Made by a program: the position numbers and the translations under genes
Shown: positions 28,818 through 38,727 of the stretch, piece after piece
Layout: each line of letters starts with the position of its first letter
Position numbering within the stretch: position 1 is the first letter of the stretch
The notes under the pieces: model-generated
The model's database searches: none
What the model was told of the DNA's origin: nothing
Seen by the model: the letters and a program-made list of their open reading frames with translations, nothing else
Assembly: GCF_000737315.1 (NCBI RefSeq)
Contig: NZ_JMCB01000007.1
Coordinates: 186,001 to 250,000 of the forward strand
Reading direction: 5' to 3'
From: Hyalangium minutum
Lineage (GTDB): Bacteria > Myxococcota > Myxococcia > Myxococcales > Myxococcaceae
DNA length: 64,000 bases

Positions 28818-30182
28818 GTGACAGCCCACTCCGACACCCGTCCCCATGTGGTCATTCTCGGTGGAGGCTTCGGTGGCCTCTACGCGGCCATGCGGCTGAA
28901 GCGAGCGCCGGTGCGCGTAACGGTGGTGGACCGCCACAACCACCACCTCTTCCAGCCGCTGCTCTACCAGGTGGCCACGGCGACGCTGAGCCCGAGCGAC
29001 ATTGCCTCCCCACTGCGAGGCATCCTGGGGCGCTACGGCATCTCCGTGCTGCTCGCGGAGGCGACGGGCATTGATGTGGCGAGCAAGAAGGTGCTGCTGG
29101 CGGATGGGGAGCTGTCGTACGACTTCCTCATCGTGGCCACGGGGGCGACCCACTCCTACTTCGGCCATGACGAGTGGGCTCGCTTTGCGCCGGGGCTGAA
29201 GACCATCGAGGACGCGGTGGAGATTCGCCGTCAGGTGTTGTTGGCCTTCGAGCAGGCCGAGCGCGAGCCAGACGCTGCGCGCCGCCGCGAGCTGCTCACG
29301 TTTGTCATCGTGGGCGGGGGCGCCACGGGTGTGGAGTTGGCAGGCGCGCTCTCGGAGATCAGCCGACACGCGCTGGTGCGAGACTTCCAGAACATCGATC
29401 CGACCCAGGCACGCATCCTCTTGGTGGAGGGGGCTCAGCACTTGCTGCCGACCTACCCGGAGAGCCTGTCCATCCGGGCGCGCCAGTCGCTGGAGAAGCT
29501 GGGAGTGGAGGTCCGCACGGGCGTCCGCGTCACACAGATCGACGAGACCGGGGTTTACATCGGGGAAGAACACATCCGGGCTCACACGAAGCTGTGGGCC
29601 GCGGGCGTGGCGGCCTCTCCGGTGGCACGCTCGCTCGGGGTGCAACTGGATCGAGCGGGGCGTGTGCCGGTGACGCCGGAGCTCCACCTGCCGAGCCGGA
29701 AGGAGGTCTTCATCATCGGAGACCTGGCGCTCGTGCAGGACAAGGGCAAGCCGGTTCCAGGCGTGGCGCCTGCGGCGATGCAGGAGGGCAAGCACGCGGC
29801 GGAGAACATCCTGCGGCAGCTCAAGAACCAGCCGATGACGCCGTTCAGCTACTGGGATCGCGGTACGTTCTCGGTGATTGGCCGAGGCTCGGCGGTGGGC
29901 ATCGCCCTGGAGCGTTTCAAGATGTCGGGCTACCTGGCGTGGCTCGCGTGGCTCTTCATCCACATCCTGTTCCTCATCGGGTTCCGCAGCAAAGTGGCGG
30001 TGCTGGTGAACTGGGCCTACTCGTATCTGGCCTTCCGCCGGTCAGCGCGCATCATCACGGGCGGAGTGCCCCTGATGAAGCAGCCGCTGGGTACGGCCGC
30101 GGTGCCTGTGCCGGCCACGGCTCTCGGAGCAGCTTCGGAAGCCCGCGAGCCGCAGCCCGCTCCGCGTCCTGGGGCTCCCTGA
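28818..30182 (+). CDS. ndh: Type II NADH:quinone oxidoreductase
   Basis: ILGGGFGG, FQPLLYQVAT, IVGGGATGVELAG, IIGD, APAAMQEG. Confidence 0.92.
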   Translation: MTAHSDTRPHVVILGGGFGGLYAAMRLKRAPVRVTVVDRHNHHLFQPLLYQVATATLSPSDIASPLRGILGRYGISVLLAEATGIDVASKKVLLADGELSYDFLIVATGATHSYFGHDEWARFAPGLKTIEDAVEIRRQVLLAFEQAEREPDAARRRELLTFVIVGGGATGVELAGALSEISRHALVRDFQNIDPTQARILLVEGAQHLLPTYPESLSIRARQSLEKLGVEVRTGVRVTQIDETGVYIGEEHIRAHTKLWAAGVAASPVARSLGVQLDRAGRVPVTPELHLPSRKEVFIIGDLALVQDKGKPVPGVAPAAMQEGKHAAENILRQLKNQPMTPFSYWDRGTFSVIGRGSAVGIALERFKMSGYLAWLAWLFIHILFLIGFRSKVAVLVNWAYSYLAFRRSARIITGGVPLMKQPLGTAAVPVPATALGAASEAREPQPAPRPGAP

Positions 30183-30196
30183 AGTCTGAGACAGGC

Positions 30197-31822
30197 TCAA
30201 AACTCTTCGGGGTGGCGTGATCGGGCCTCCGGGCGCAGCAGCCCGGAGAACGCATCGGGGCGCGAGGTGCCATGGGTGTTCGCATGAAGCCAGCCCCGCC
30301 GGTCGATGATGCGGCAGTCGATGGCGAGCTTCAGGTCCTCGTCGTCAATGCGAGCGTGCCCCTCGAGGTCTGCCCGGGTAAGGGCGAGCTTGAGGATGCG
30401 GTCATGCGCCCGGGCGGAGAGGCCGTATTGGTGCACCGCTCGTTCCAGCATCCTGGCGGCCTTGGAGCTCAGGGTGCAGTGGCGCCGCAGGAGCCGGGGC
30501 GGCATCTGGGCGTTGCAGTGCACCCCGGACTCGTCGCGGAAGCGAGCGCGCTGGCGCTCCCGAGAAGCCTCGACGCGGTCCCGGTAGTACGCGCTCGGCT
30601 GTTCCTGGGAGTCGGCTCGGGCGATCTGGTGGAACTCGACGGGCCGCGTCTGCAGGGTGATGTCGATCCGGTCCAGCAGCGGGCCGCTGACCCGCGCGTG
30701 GTAGTCAAAGACGCGGTGCTCCTGGCAGGTGCAGCGGTGGCCAGGGACGTTGAAGTAGCCACAAGGGCAGGGGTTCATCGCCGCCACGAGCATGACGCGG
30801 CACGGGTAGGTGACGTTCTGGTTGGCGCGGGCCAGATGGATGACGCCTTCCTCCATCGGTTGGCGCAGCACCTCCATGACGTTCTTCCGGAACTCCGGCA
30901 GCTCATCCAGAAAGAGCACCCCATGGTGCGCCAGGGAGAGCTCTCCGGGGCGCGCGGCCGGTCCTCCGCCCACGAGGCCCGCGTCCGAGATGGTGTGGTG
31001 AGGCGCGCGGAAGGGACGCTCGCGCATGAGCGCATGGTCCTCCCCGAGCAGTCCGAGCACCGAGTAGATCTTCGTCACCTCGAGCGCCTCGGTGAAGGTC
31101 ATCGTGGGCAGGATGCCGGGCAGCCTCCGCGCCAGCATCGTCTTGCCCGAGCCTGGCGGTCCGCACATCAGGACGTTGTGACCTCCAGCCGCCGCCAGCT
31201 CCAGTGCCAGCTTCACCTCGGGCTGCCCACGCACCTCCGCCATATCGAGCGACGCGGGACCCCGCTCCGCTGAAGGCAGACCGTCACCTCGCGAGTAGGG
31301 CGTCAGGGGATGGACCCCGGTCAGATGCTCGACAGCCTCACGCAGGTGGCTCACGGGGAGCACCTGGATGCCCTCCACGAGCGACGCCTCGGCCGCATTC
31401 GCCGAGGGCACCATGACGCCTTGGAACCGTCCATTCTTCGCGGCCAGGGCCAGTGGCAGCACGCCTCGGATGGGCTTGATGGACCCATCCAGGGAGAGCT
31501 CTCCGCCAAAGAGGTAGCGCCCCAGCGGCTCCTCCTCCATCAGCCGCGCCGCCGCCAGAACTCCCAAGGCGATGGGGAGCTCGAAGGCCGCCCCCTCCTT
31601 ACGGATGTCCGCTGGGGCCAGATTCACCGTGATGCGCTTCTGCGGCAGCTCGAAGCCTGTGTTCTTCAGCGCCGAGACGACCCGCACCTTCGACTCGCGC
31701 ACCGCACCCTCGGGCAACCCCACGACGTTGAAGTAGGGGAGCCCCAACGCCATATCCACCTCGCACTCCACCACCACCGCGTCGATTCCCATCAACGCCC
31801 CCGACCGGACCCTCGCCAGCAT
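30197..31822 (-). CDS. comM: YifB/ComM family Mg-chelatase-like AAA+ ATPase
   Basis: VGLPEGAVRES, INLAPADIRKEG-like motif, GPPGSGKT, RAPHHTIS, LFLDELPEF, AMNPCPCG, SGPLLDRID. Confidence 0.93.
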   Translation of the reverse strand: MLARVRSGALMGIDAVVVECEVDMALGLPYFNVVGLPEGAVRESKVRVVSALKNTGFELPQKRITVNLAPADIRKEGAAFELPIALGVLAAARLMEEEPLGRYLFGGELSLDGSIKPIRGVLPLALAAKNGRFQGVMVPSANAAEASLVEGIQVLPVSHLREAVEHLTGVHPLTPYSRGDGLPSAERGPASLDMAEVRGQPEVKLALELAAAGGHNVLMCGPPGSGKTMLARRLPGILPTMTFTEALEVTKIYSVLGLLGEDHALMRERPFRAPHHTISDAGLVGGGPAARPGELSLAHHGVLFLDELPEFRKNVMEVLRQPMEEGVIHLARANQNVTYPCRVMLVAAMNPCPCGYFNVPGHRCTCQEHRVFDYHARVSGPLLDRIDITLQTRPVEFHQIARADSQEQPSAYYRDRVEASRERQRARFRDESGVHCNAQMPPRLLRRHCTLSSKAARMLERAVHQYGLSARAHDRILKLALTRADLEGHARIDDEDLKLAIDCRIIDRRGWLHANTHGTSRPDAFSGLLRPEARSRHPEEF

Positions 31823-31854
31823 GACCACCCTCCAGGTTGTGTCGGGAGGAGCTC

Positions 31855-31870
31855 AGCAAAGGCCGTACCA
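31855..31870 (-). promoter_or_regulatory. Sigma54 -24/-12 promoter element upstream of comM
   Basis: Minus strand TGGTACGGCCTTTGCT: GG-N10-GC spacing, about 33 nt before ATG 31822. Confidence 0.6.
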
Positions 31871-31976
31871 GGGAGCCCCCGAGGGGAACGACGGTGCGAA
31901 CCGTCCGCGGAGCGAGACAGTCCGTCCGCACAGCGAGACGCTGTTCGAGAATCGGCCCAGGTGGCTCTGAGAGTCG

Positions 31977-32600
31977 CTACAGCGTGCGGAAGGTGCCGGA
32001 GGGCCGCCGGGTCCGGGGCGGCAGGTCTCCGTTGCTCTCCACGCCCGCGGAGGCCTCTTTCCAGGTGATGCGGTAGGTGCAGGCGTGCCCGTCGTAGTCG
32101 AACATCTCGACGCGCAGCTCCTTGGCGCCCGACATGCGCACTCCGGCCTGGATGATGCCTGCGGTGAACTCGGGGTAGGGGCCCACCTCGTTCATCCACA
32201 CCTCGAAGCGGCCGGGGGCCAATTCCGCCACGCGCGTCTCGGTGTAGTTGTTGCCTGCCCGGAAGTTCTGCGTCGCGCGCAGCACTGTCCTCCGAGGGCC
32301 CAGCACGCGCAGCAGCGACATGACGGCGCGGCCCAGCATCGTCTCGCGGAAGCCGTCGACGTAGGCCTCACCGAGCTTGAAGGTGGCCTCGGGCAGGGGC
32401 AGACCCGGGTGCAGCTCCTCCGCGGCAATGCGGATGAACTTCATCCACGAGTCGAAGGAGTAGGCGGGCTTGAGCTTCTGGGAGACGTCCAGCCCGGCCT
32501 CGCGCAACCTCACCCGGCATTCGGGGGACAAGCGCGCTCCCAGCGCACGAACGAACAGCGCTTCAATGGTCTGCTCGTAAACCAGGAGCTCGTCGGCCAT
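31977..32600 (-). CDS. DUF2378 family (Myxococcales TIGR02265-like) protein
   Basis: EQTIEALF...LREAGLD...KPAYS...LGEAYVDGF...TQNFRAGNNY pattern. Start moved to ATG 32600. Confidence 0.8.
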   Translation of the reverse strand: MADELLVYEQTIEALFVRALGARLSPECRVRLREAGLDVSQKLKPAYSFDSWMKFIRIAAEELHPGLPLPEATFKLGEAYVDGFRETMLGRAVMSLLRVLGPRRTVLRATQNFRAGNNYTETRVAELAPGRFEVWMNEVGPYPEFTAGIIQAGVRMSGAKELRVEMFDYDGHACTYRITWKEASAGVESNGDLPPRTRRPSGTFRTL

Positions 32601-32676
32601 GAGGTGGCGCAATGTATCCGACGAGCCCCTGGATGCAAGCGGTGCCCACGCGGGGGCGCAGGCACCGGACAGCGAA

Positions 32677-33171
32677 CTACGGCGTGGGGGCAGGAGCCTC
32701 GGGCGCGGGAGCCGCACCCTCCTGGCCCGGGACGACCGCGCCCTGGGGCAGATCCTCGGTCGCCATGCCCAGCACCACGGCACCGGCCGTCTTGGCGCCG
32801 TCCATCACGACGATCAGGGCACCGTAGTTGGCCTTGTCTTCGGCCATGAAGAAGACGACGCGCTCATCGCGCGGCTTGGCCGCGAGGACGCGCTTCAGGC
32901 GGTTGACGTAGTCCTCCTGGCCGCCCACGGTCTCCGAGTTGATCTTGATGGCGCCCTGCTCGGTCAACTGCACCACGAGCTGATCGTTGGTCTCGGGCGG
33001 GGTGTTCTCCACCTCCGTCTCCGGCACGCGCACCTCGATGTCCTTCTCGAGCAGTGGCGTGAGCACCATGAAGATGATGAGGAGCACGAGCACCACGTCC
33101 ACCAGAGGCGTGACGTTGATGTCCGAGTTGGGGCGGGCTTGGGGTTTGACCCACTGGCGCTTTTTAGCCAT
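32677..33171 (-). CDS. exbD: Biopolymer transport protein ExbD/TolR (copy 2)
   Basis: DINVTPLVDVVLVLLIIFMV transmembrane motif. Confidence 0.92.
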   Translation of the reverse strand: MAKKRQWVKPQARPNSDINVTPLVDVVLVLLIIFMVLTPLLEKDIEVRVPETEVENTPPETNDQLVVQLTEQGAIKINSETVGGQEDYVNRLKRVLAAKPRDERVVFFMAEDKANYGALIVVMDGAKTAGAVVLGMATEDLPQGAVVPGQEGAAPAPEAPAPTP

Positions 33172-33173
33172 GG

Positions 33174-33593
33174 CTATTCCTTCAGCTCCTCAACGCCCAG
33201 CGCGATGCTCTTGGCCTTCGCCTTGCGGGCAATGTCCATCGCCTTGCGCACGTCGAGCACGGTCAGCGAGGCGTCGCCCTTGAGGAGAATGCGCCGTCCC
33301 GGCGTCACCTCGAGCTCCTCGCGGATCTTGTTCTCCAGGCCGGCGGCATCGAGCTCGTCATTCTCCAGGAACATCTTCTTGTCCGGAGTGACCGAAAGGA
33401 TCAGCGGGTCTTGATCCCCGCCCTTCTTCTCCTTCTCGATGTTCTGCGCCTTCGGCAAGGTCACCGACTTGCCACGCTGGAGCATGGGCGTGATCACCAT
33501 GAAGATGATGAGCAGCACCAGCACCACGTCCACCAGCGGCGTGACGTTGATCTCGTTTTTGATCCCGCTACTGGGACCGACTGCCATTCCCAT
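33174..33593 (-). CDS. exbD: Biopolymer transport protein ExbD/TolR (copy 1)
   Basis: EINVTPLVDVVLVLLIIFMVITP motif. Confidence 0.92.
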   Translation of the reverse strand: MGMAVGPSSGIKNEINVTPLVDVVLVLLIIFMVITPMLQRGKSVTLPKAQNIEKEKKGGDQDPLILSVTPDKKMFLENDELDAAGLENKIREELEVTPGRRILLKGDASLTVLDVRKAMDIARKAKAKSIALGVEELKE

Positions 33594-33673
33594 CGCTGTA
33601 CCTGGGGCTTGGAAGGAGGGGCCCGCCTACCGGCGCAGGCGGACCCGTGGGGGGGAGGAGCAGCGAAGCCGTG

Positions 33674-34363
33674 TTACCCGGCCTGCTGCTGGGAGCGGGT
33701 CTCGCCACCGGTGAGGTTGCGAGCCACCACGTCCAGGAACTCGTTGGAGGACTCGGAGATGTCCACCGAGCGCGCGTCCACCCAGCCCTGCAGGAAGTTG
33801 TAGGCCATCACCGCGGGGATCGCCACGAGCAGACCGAACGCCGTGGTGATGAGCGCCTCGGCGATACCGGCGGAGATCGTCGCCAGACCACCGGCGCCCG
33901 ACTTGGCCATCTCCTGGAAGGCGTTCACGATACCCATCGTCGTGCCGAGCAGACCCACGAACGGGGCCGTGGAGCCCACCGTGGCCAGCACGCCCAGGCC
34001 ACGCTTCATGCTCTGCACCTCACGCTGCGCCTGACGCTCCAGGGCGCGGGCCACCGACTCCACCGCCACGTCCTTGTCGTTGGGGCTGATCCGGTAGGCA
34101 GTGAGGCCCGAGTTGATGACGCGGCCCAGGTGGCCCACGTCCTTACCCAGGTTGGTGTTGGCAGCCGTGGACAGATCGCCCTTGGCCAGGATGGCGCCCA
34201 TCTTCGACGCGAAGTTGCGCGAGTCCGAGCGCGTCTTGCGGAAGACGACCATGCGCTCGGCGATCACGATCAGCGACGACATCGACATGAAGCCGAGGGT
34301 GAAGATGATGAAGCGGGCGAACAGACCCGTGTGCTCCCAGATTTGCTGCAGTGAGAAGTCCAT
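33674..34363 (-). CDS. exbB: MotA/TolQ/ExbB proton channel protein
   Basis: LATVGSTAPFVGLLGT and GIAEALITTAFGLLVAIPA. Confidence 0.93.
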   Translation of the reverse strand: MDFSLQQIWEHTGLFARFIIFTLGFMSMSSLIVIAERMVVFRKTRSDSRNFASKMGAILAKGDLSTAANTNLGKDVGHLGRVINSGLTAYRISPNDKDVAVESVARALERQAQREVQSMKRGLGVLATVGSTAPFVGLLGTTMGIVNAFQEMAKSGAGGLATISAGIAEALITTAFGLLVAIPAVMAYNFLQGWVDARSVDISESSNEFLDVVARNLTGGETRSQQQAG

Positions 34364-34456
34364 GGCTTTGGAGCGCTCCTCCTCGAGCGCGGTGGGGGGG
34401 CGACAGAATCTACTAGATTGACGTGGGTGTAAAACCGAGGCCTACCCGGCAGGTCC

Positions 34457-35182
34457 CTAACGAGGCAGGCTCAGCTTGATGTTGAAGGTGTAGTCCACTT
34501 GGACCGGACGGCCCTGGAAAGTGACGGGCTTGTAGCGTGCCGCATACAAAGCGTCCAGCACCGCCTGTTCCATGTGTGGCAAGGGCTTGATAATACGGCA
34601 CTTCTCCACCTTGCCCTCGGTCGTGATGACGCACTTCACGATCATCAGACCCTGCACGTGGGCCTCCAGCGCCTCACGCGAGTACTGAGGAATAGGACCC
34701 GACAGCTTCTCCGGGCGCGTCATTCCCGCGCCGAACGGGAGCACGTCCGTGCCAGTGCTGCCCACCTGGCCACCGAGCACGCCACCGAGCACGCCACCCA
34801 CGACACCGCCAACCACGCCACCCTCGACGCCACCCTCGTCGCTCTCGACCTCTTGCTCGGTCTGCTGCTCCGGCTCCGGCTCCGGCTCCTTCTCAGGCGG
34901 CTTCTCCGTAGGAACTTCCTTGGGAGCCACGAACTCCTTCTTCACCTTCTTTTGCTGCTTCGGCTTGGCAGCCGGAGGAGGCGGCGGCGGAGGTGGTGGC
35001 GGAGGAGGCGCCATCGCGGCCTTGAAGGTGACCTCGATCTCCTTCTCTTCCACGGGAGGAGGACGGGTAGACAGCCACAGGGCCAGGGCGAAGATGCCCA
35101 CGTGGAGCACGATGGAGACGACCGTGCCAGTGCCAAACCGCGACTTGGGCACTGATCCCCGATCAAGGACAGAGTCGAACAT
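34457..35182 (-). CDS. tonB: Energy transducer TonB
   Basis: N-terminal TM (SIVLHVGIF), poly-Pro and EP-rich linker, GGVEGGVVGG motif, C-terminal YSREAL...YKPV domain. Confidence 0.9.
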   Translation of the reverse strand: MFDSVLDRGSVPKSRFGTGTVVSIVLHVGIFALALWLSTRPPPVEEKEIEVTFKAAMAPPPPPPPPPPPPAAKPKQQKKVKKEFVAPKEVPTEKPPEKEPEPEPEQQTEQEVESDEGGVEGGVVGGVVGGVLGGVLGGQVGSTGTDVLPFGAGMTRPEKLSGPIPQYSREALEAHVQGLMIVKCVITTEGKVEKCRIIKPLPHMEQAVLDALYAARYKPVTFQGRPVQVDYTFNIKLSLPR

Positions 35183-35345
35183 GCGCGATCACTCCCTACT
35201 CCGGTGGGCGGCTTTTCCGATCACGCCCGCGGAATCAAAGGCGTGCCACAATACAGAAATGCATTCCGGGTTCAAGCGAGGGGGGGCTAGGACTCGACGG
35301 CGGAAACGCGCAATGCCCCAGCAGTAGCCAAAAAGCAACCATCTA

Positions 35346-35373
35346 TTGACAACTTAGGGACGTCAGGTAATTT
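35346..35373 (+). promoter_or_regulatory. Putative sigma70 promoter of oar-mlpA
   Basis: TTGACA (35346-35351), 16 nt, TAATTT (35368-35373) in an AT-rich divergent intergenic region. Confidence 0.55.
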
Positions 35374-35419
35374 CCCGCGGCATTTTTACTTGCATCCGCC
35401 CACCTTGGAGGGGTTCGGC

Positions 35420-38400
35420 ATGAGAGTATCCCGTATACTCCGGGAAACCGGAGTTGTGCTGTTTGCTGGTCTCTTGATTGGGACTACAGCAGCAGCTCAG
35501 TCGTCCAGCAGCGTCATCATCGGTACAGTCGTCAATGCTGACCCTAGTGCAAACAAGGCCCCTATCGCTGATGTGGTAGTGACCGCGACCTCGCCCAACC
35601 TTCAGGGTGAGCAGACGGTGGTTACTGACAACAGCGGCACCTATCGTATTCCCCAGCTTCCCCCCGGCGACTATACCCTGCGGTTCGACGCCCAGGGATT
35701 CAAGCCGTTTGCCCGCTCGGCCATCCAGCTGCGCCTCAACCGCACGATCCGCGTGAACGTGGAGCTGCTGCCCGAGGCCTTCACCGAGCAGATCGAGATC
35801 ACCGGTACCCCGCCGACGATCGACGTGGGCTCGACGACCACGGGCGTGAACGTGGATCAAGAGTTCATCCGCCGCATCGCCGTGAACCGCCCGGGTGGTA
35901 AGGGCGGCGCGGCGCGCTCCTTCGAGAGCCTCGCGGAGCTGGCTCCGGGCGCCCAGAACGATCAGTATGGCGTGTCCATCAACGGTGCCACGTCTCCTGA
36001 GAACGGCTACGTGGTGGACGGCCTGTCCACCAACGACCCGGCCTTCGGCATCAACGCCAGCCCGCTCTCCATCGAGTTCGTGCAGGACGTGAACGTGGTG
36101 ACGGGTGGTTACCTGCCGGAGTTCGGCCGCTCCACCGGTGGCGTGATCAACGCGGTGACCCGCTCGGGCTCCAACGAGTTCCACGGCTCCGTGTTCGCCA
36201 ACATCACCCCTGGCACCTTCGAGGGGCAGCGCACGCTCGTCATCGACGAGGGCTCGGTGATCTCCGGCGAGAACACCCTGCGCAACCTGGGCGATCTGGG
36301 CGGCACCCTCGGTGGCCCCATCCTCCAGGACAAGCTGTGGTTCTTCGCGGGCTTCGCCCCGTCGTTCACGCGCTACGAGCACACCCGCTCGATCAACGCG
36401 CTGCAGCTCGACCAGGAGACGGGTCAGATCCTCCGCAACGAGCAGGGCAAGGCGCTCGTGACGCCCATCCCGGACTCCGCCAAGAAGTACTTCGCGGACG
36501 CTCGCTCCTTCCAGTACATGGGCAAGCTGACCTACCTCATCAACCAGGATCACAACGTCTCGCTGTCCATCACCGGCACCCCGTCCAGCACGGGCGGCGC
36601 GGGCAAGCTCTCCATCGATCCCCGCAGCGGCGGTCTGCCGGCCGCTCGCGTGGCGCGTCCGGGCTCCTTCGGCCTGACGGAGACGATCGCGAGCACCACG
36701 GCGGTCGGCCTGAAGTACGCCGGCGCCTTCATGGACAAGAAGGTCCTCATCGACGTGAACGCCGGCTACTTCCACCAGGTGGCCACCACCCAGGCTGCGG
36801 ACGGCAGCGAGACGGGTGACATCTACGGCAACGGTCTGGCCGGTCTGTCGCGCGCGACCTATGTGCAGGATCGCTCGCTGACCTTCTTCGAGGACGTGCC
36901 GCACGCTGACCAGTACTGCAAGGTTGTGAACTACGTCGACGAGGACGGCGAGCCTCAGGTCGCGGATCCTTGCGCGGTGAACAACTACGCGGTGGGTGGC
37001 CCCGGCCTGCTGACGGATGGCAACCTGGACCGCTACCAGGCCAACGCCAAGGCGACCTACCTGCTCAACGCCCTGGGCACGCACGTGTTCAAGGCGGGCA
37101 TCGACGCGGAGTTCCTGTCCTACGGGCAGAGCAAGTCCTACAGCGGCGGCGTGGCCTTCCAGGAGGCCAACATCGGTGGCCGCATCGATCCGCGCACGGG
37201 TCTGGCGCTCCCCAACCCCACCTACGGCTGGAACGACTTCCGCCGCTACGGCTACCAGACGGGTCCTGACTCCGCGTTCGTGCAGGAGATCCAGTCGTCG
37301 ACCTCCAAGAGCACCACGGTGGGCGGCTTCCTGCAGGACAGCTGGTCCATCGCCAACCGCGTGACGGTGAACGCCGGTCTCCGCTACGACGTGCAGGCCA
37401 TGTACGGCGGTGACGGGCAGCTGGCCCTCGTGCTGGGCAACCAGCTGTCGCCTCGCGTGGGCGCCATCGTGGACCCGCTGGCCAACGGCCGCATGAAGTT
37501 CTTCGTGAACTTCGCCAAGTACTACGAGCAGGTTCCGCTCAACATGCTGGATCGCGCGTTCCCGCCCGAGCGGCGCTACAACGCTGTCCACGTGTCGCCC
37601 ACGGATGAGGGTGAGAAGATTGGCGAGGGGAGCGGCGACGGCTGCGATCCTTCCTCGCGTGAGGGTCAGCGCACGGGCTGCTCGGATCAGGCCTACATCG
37701 CCCGCCGCTCCGAGGCGAGCTCCAACCCCAACCGCCTCTACTCGGGCGGCAAGGTGGAGAACGAGCCGGTGGATCCGGATCTGAAGCCGCAGTCCTCCAA
37801 CGAGTACGTGGTGGGCGGCGAGTACGAGGTGCTGGCCAACACCCGCTTCGGTGCCACCTACACGCACCGCAACATGGGCTCGGTCATCGAGGACATGAGC
37901 CGTGACGGTGGCAACACCTACTTCCTCGGCAACCCGAACTCGGGCTTCGCTCAGGACTTCCCGAAGCCGGTTCGTAACTACGACTCGGTGACGATGTACC
38001 TGAACCGCTCCTTCGCCGACGGCTGGCTGGCCCAGGCGAGCTACACCTGGTCGCGGCTGTACGGTAACTACCCCGGTCTGTTCCGCCCGGAGACCAACCA
38101 GCTCGACCCGAACATCCTCTCGGACTTCGACCTGATCGAGCTGCTGCCCAACCGCTCGGGTCTGCTGCCGTTCGACCGCACGCACTCCGTCAAGCTGTTC
38201 GGCGCCAAGGAGTTCAACATCACCAACGCGCTGTCCTCCAGCGTGGGTCTGTCCTACCGCGGCAACTCCGGTACGCCGATCAACTACTACGGCGCGCACC
38301 CGGACTACGGCCAGGATGAGGCGTTCGTGCTCCAGCGTGGCGTCGGTGGCCGCACCCCGTGGGTGAACACCATCGACTCCAACATCGGCGTGAACTACCG

Positions 38401-38689
38401 CATCGGTAAGGATCAGGTGATCTCGTTCACGATGGACGTGTTCAACCTGTTCAACTTCCAGACGGCGACGGGCGTGGACGAGTCCTACACGTTCGAGTCC
38501 ATCTACCCGCTGGAGGGTGGCAAGCCGAGCGATCTGCCGAGCAAGGTGGTTATCAACACGGGTGACCGCGAGGCGGATCTGGCCGACCCGGTCTACCTGA
38601 CGGCTGACCAGCTCAACCCGAACTTCAAGCAGCCGAACCGTTACCAGGCGCCGCGGCAGTTCCGCTTCGGCATCCGGTACACCTTCTAA
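35420..38689 (+). CDS. oar: Oar, TonB-dependent outer-membrane transporter with carboxypeptidase-regulatory-like N-domain
   Basis: Closely matches recalled M. xanthus Oar (RETGVVL..., DVVVTATSPNLQGEQTVVTD, EFGRSTGGVINAVTRSGSNEFHGS, C-terminal YQAPRQFRFGIRYTF). SD GGAGG before ATG 35420. Confidence 0.93.
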   Translation: MRVSRILRETGVVLFAGLLIGTTAAAQSSSSVIIGTVVNADPSANKAPIADVVVTATSPNLQGEQTVVTDNSGTYRIPQLPPGDYTLRFDAQGFKPFARSAIQLRLNRTIRVNVELLPEAFTEQIEITGTPPTIDVGSTTTGVNVDQEFIRRIAVNRPGGKGGAARSFESLAELAPGAQNDQYGVSINGATSPENGYVVDGLSTNDPAFGINASPLSIEFVQDVNVVTGGYLPEFGRSTGGVINAVTRSGSNEFHGSVFANITPGTFEGQRTLVIDEGSVISGENTLRNLGDLGGTLGGPILQDKLWFFAGFAPSFTRYEHTRSINALQLDQETGQILRNEQGKALVTPIPDSAKKYFADARSFQYMGKLTYLINQDHNVSLSITGTPSSTGGAGKLSIDPRSGGLPAARVARPGSFGLTETIASTTAVGLKYAGAFMDKKVLIDVNAGYFHQVATTQAADGSETGDIYGNGLAGLSRATYVQDRSLTFFEDVPHADQYCKVVNYVDEDGEPQVADPCAVNNYAVGGPGLLTDGNLDRYQANAKATYLLNALGTHVFKAGIDAEFLSYGQSKSYSGGVAFQEANIGGRIDPRTGLALPNPTYGWNDFRRYGYQTGPDSAFVQEIQSSTSKSTTVGGFLQDSWSIANRVTVNAGLRYDVQAMYGGDGQLALVLGNQLSPRVGAIVDPLANGRMKFFVNFAKYYEQVPLNMLDRAFPPERRYNAVHVSPTDEGEKIGEGSGDGCDPSSREGQRTGCSDQAYIARRSEASSNPNRLYSGGKVENEPVDPDLKPQSSNEYVVGGEYEVLANTRFGATYTHRNMGSVIEDMSRDGGNTYFLGNPNSGFAQDFPKPVRNYDSVTMYLNRSFADGWLAQASYTWSRLYGNYPGLFRPETNQLDPNILSDFDLIELLPNRSGLLPFDRTHSVKLFGAKEFNITNALSSSVGLSYRGNSGTPINYYGAHPDYGQDEAFVLQRGVGGRTPWVNTIDSNIGVNYRIGKDQVISFTMDVFNLFNFQTATGVDESYTFESIYPLEGGKPSDLPSKVVINTGDREADLADPVYLTADQLNPNFKQPNRYQAPRQFRFGIRYTF

Positions 38690-38727
38690 CCACGGCCACC
38701 GATCTGACGACAGGGATCAAAAGAATC

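Noticed and set aside
32634-32649. GGCACCGCTTGC upstream of the DUF2378 gene
   Set aside because: GG-to-GC spacing is 8-9 nt instead of 10.
35233-35248. TGGCACG...TTGA sigma54-like element toward tonB
   Set aside because: Spacing is one base short and the -12 dinucleotide is GA, not GC.
35363-38299. 978-aa ORF antisense to oar
   Set aside because: No recognisable domain; the plus strand carries a clear Oar orthologue.
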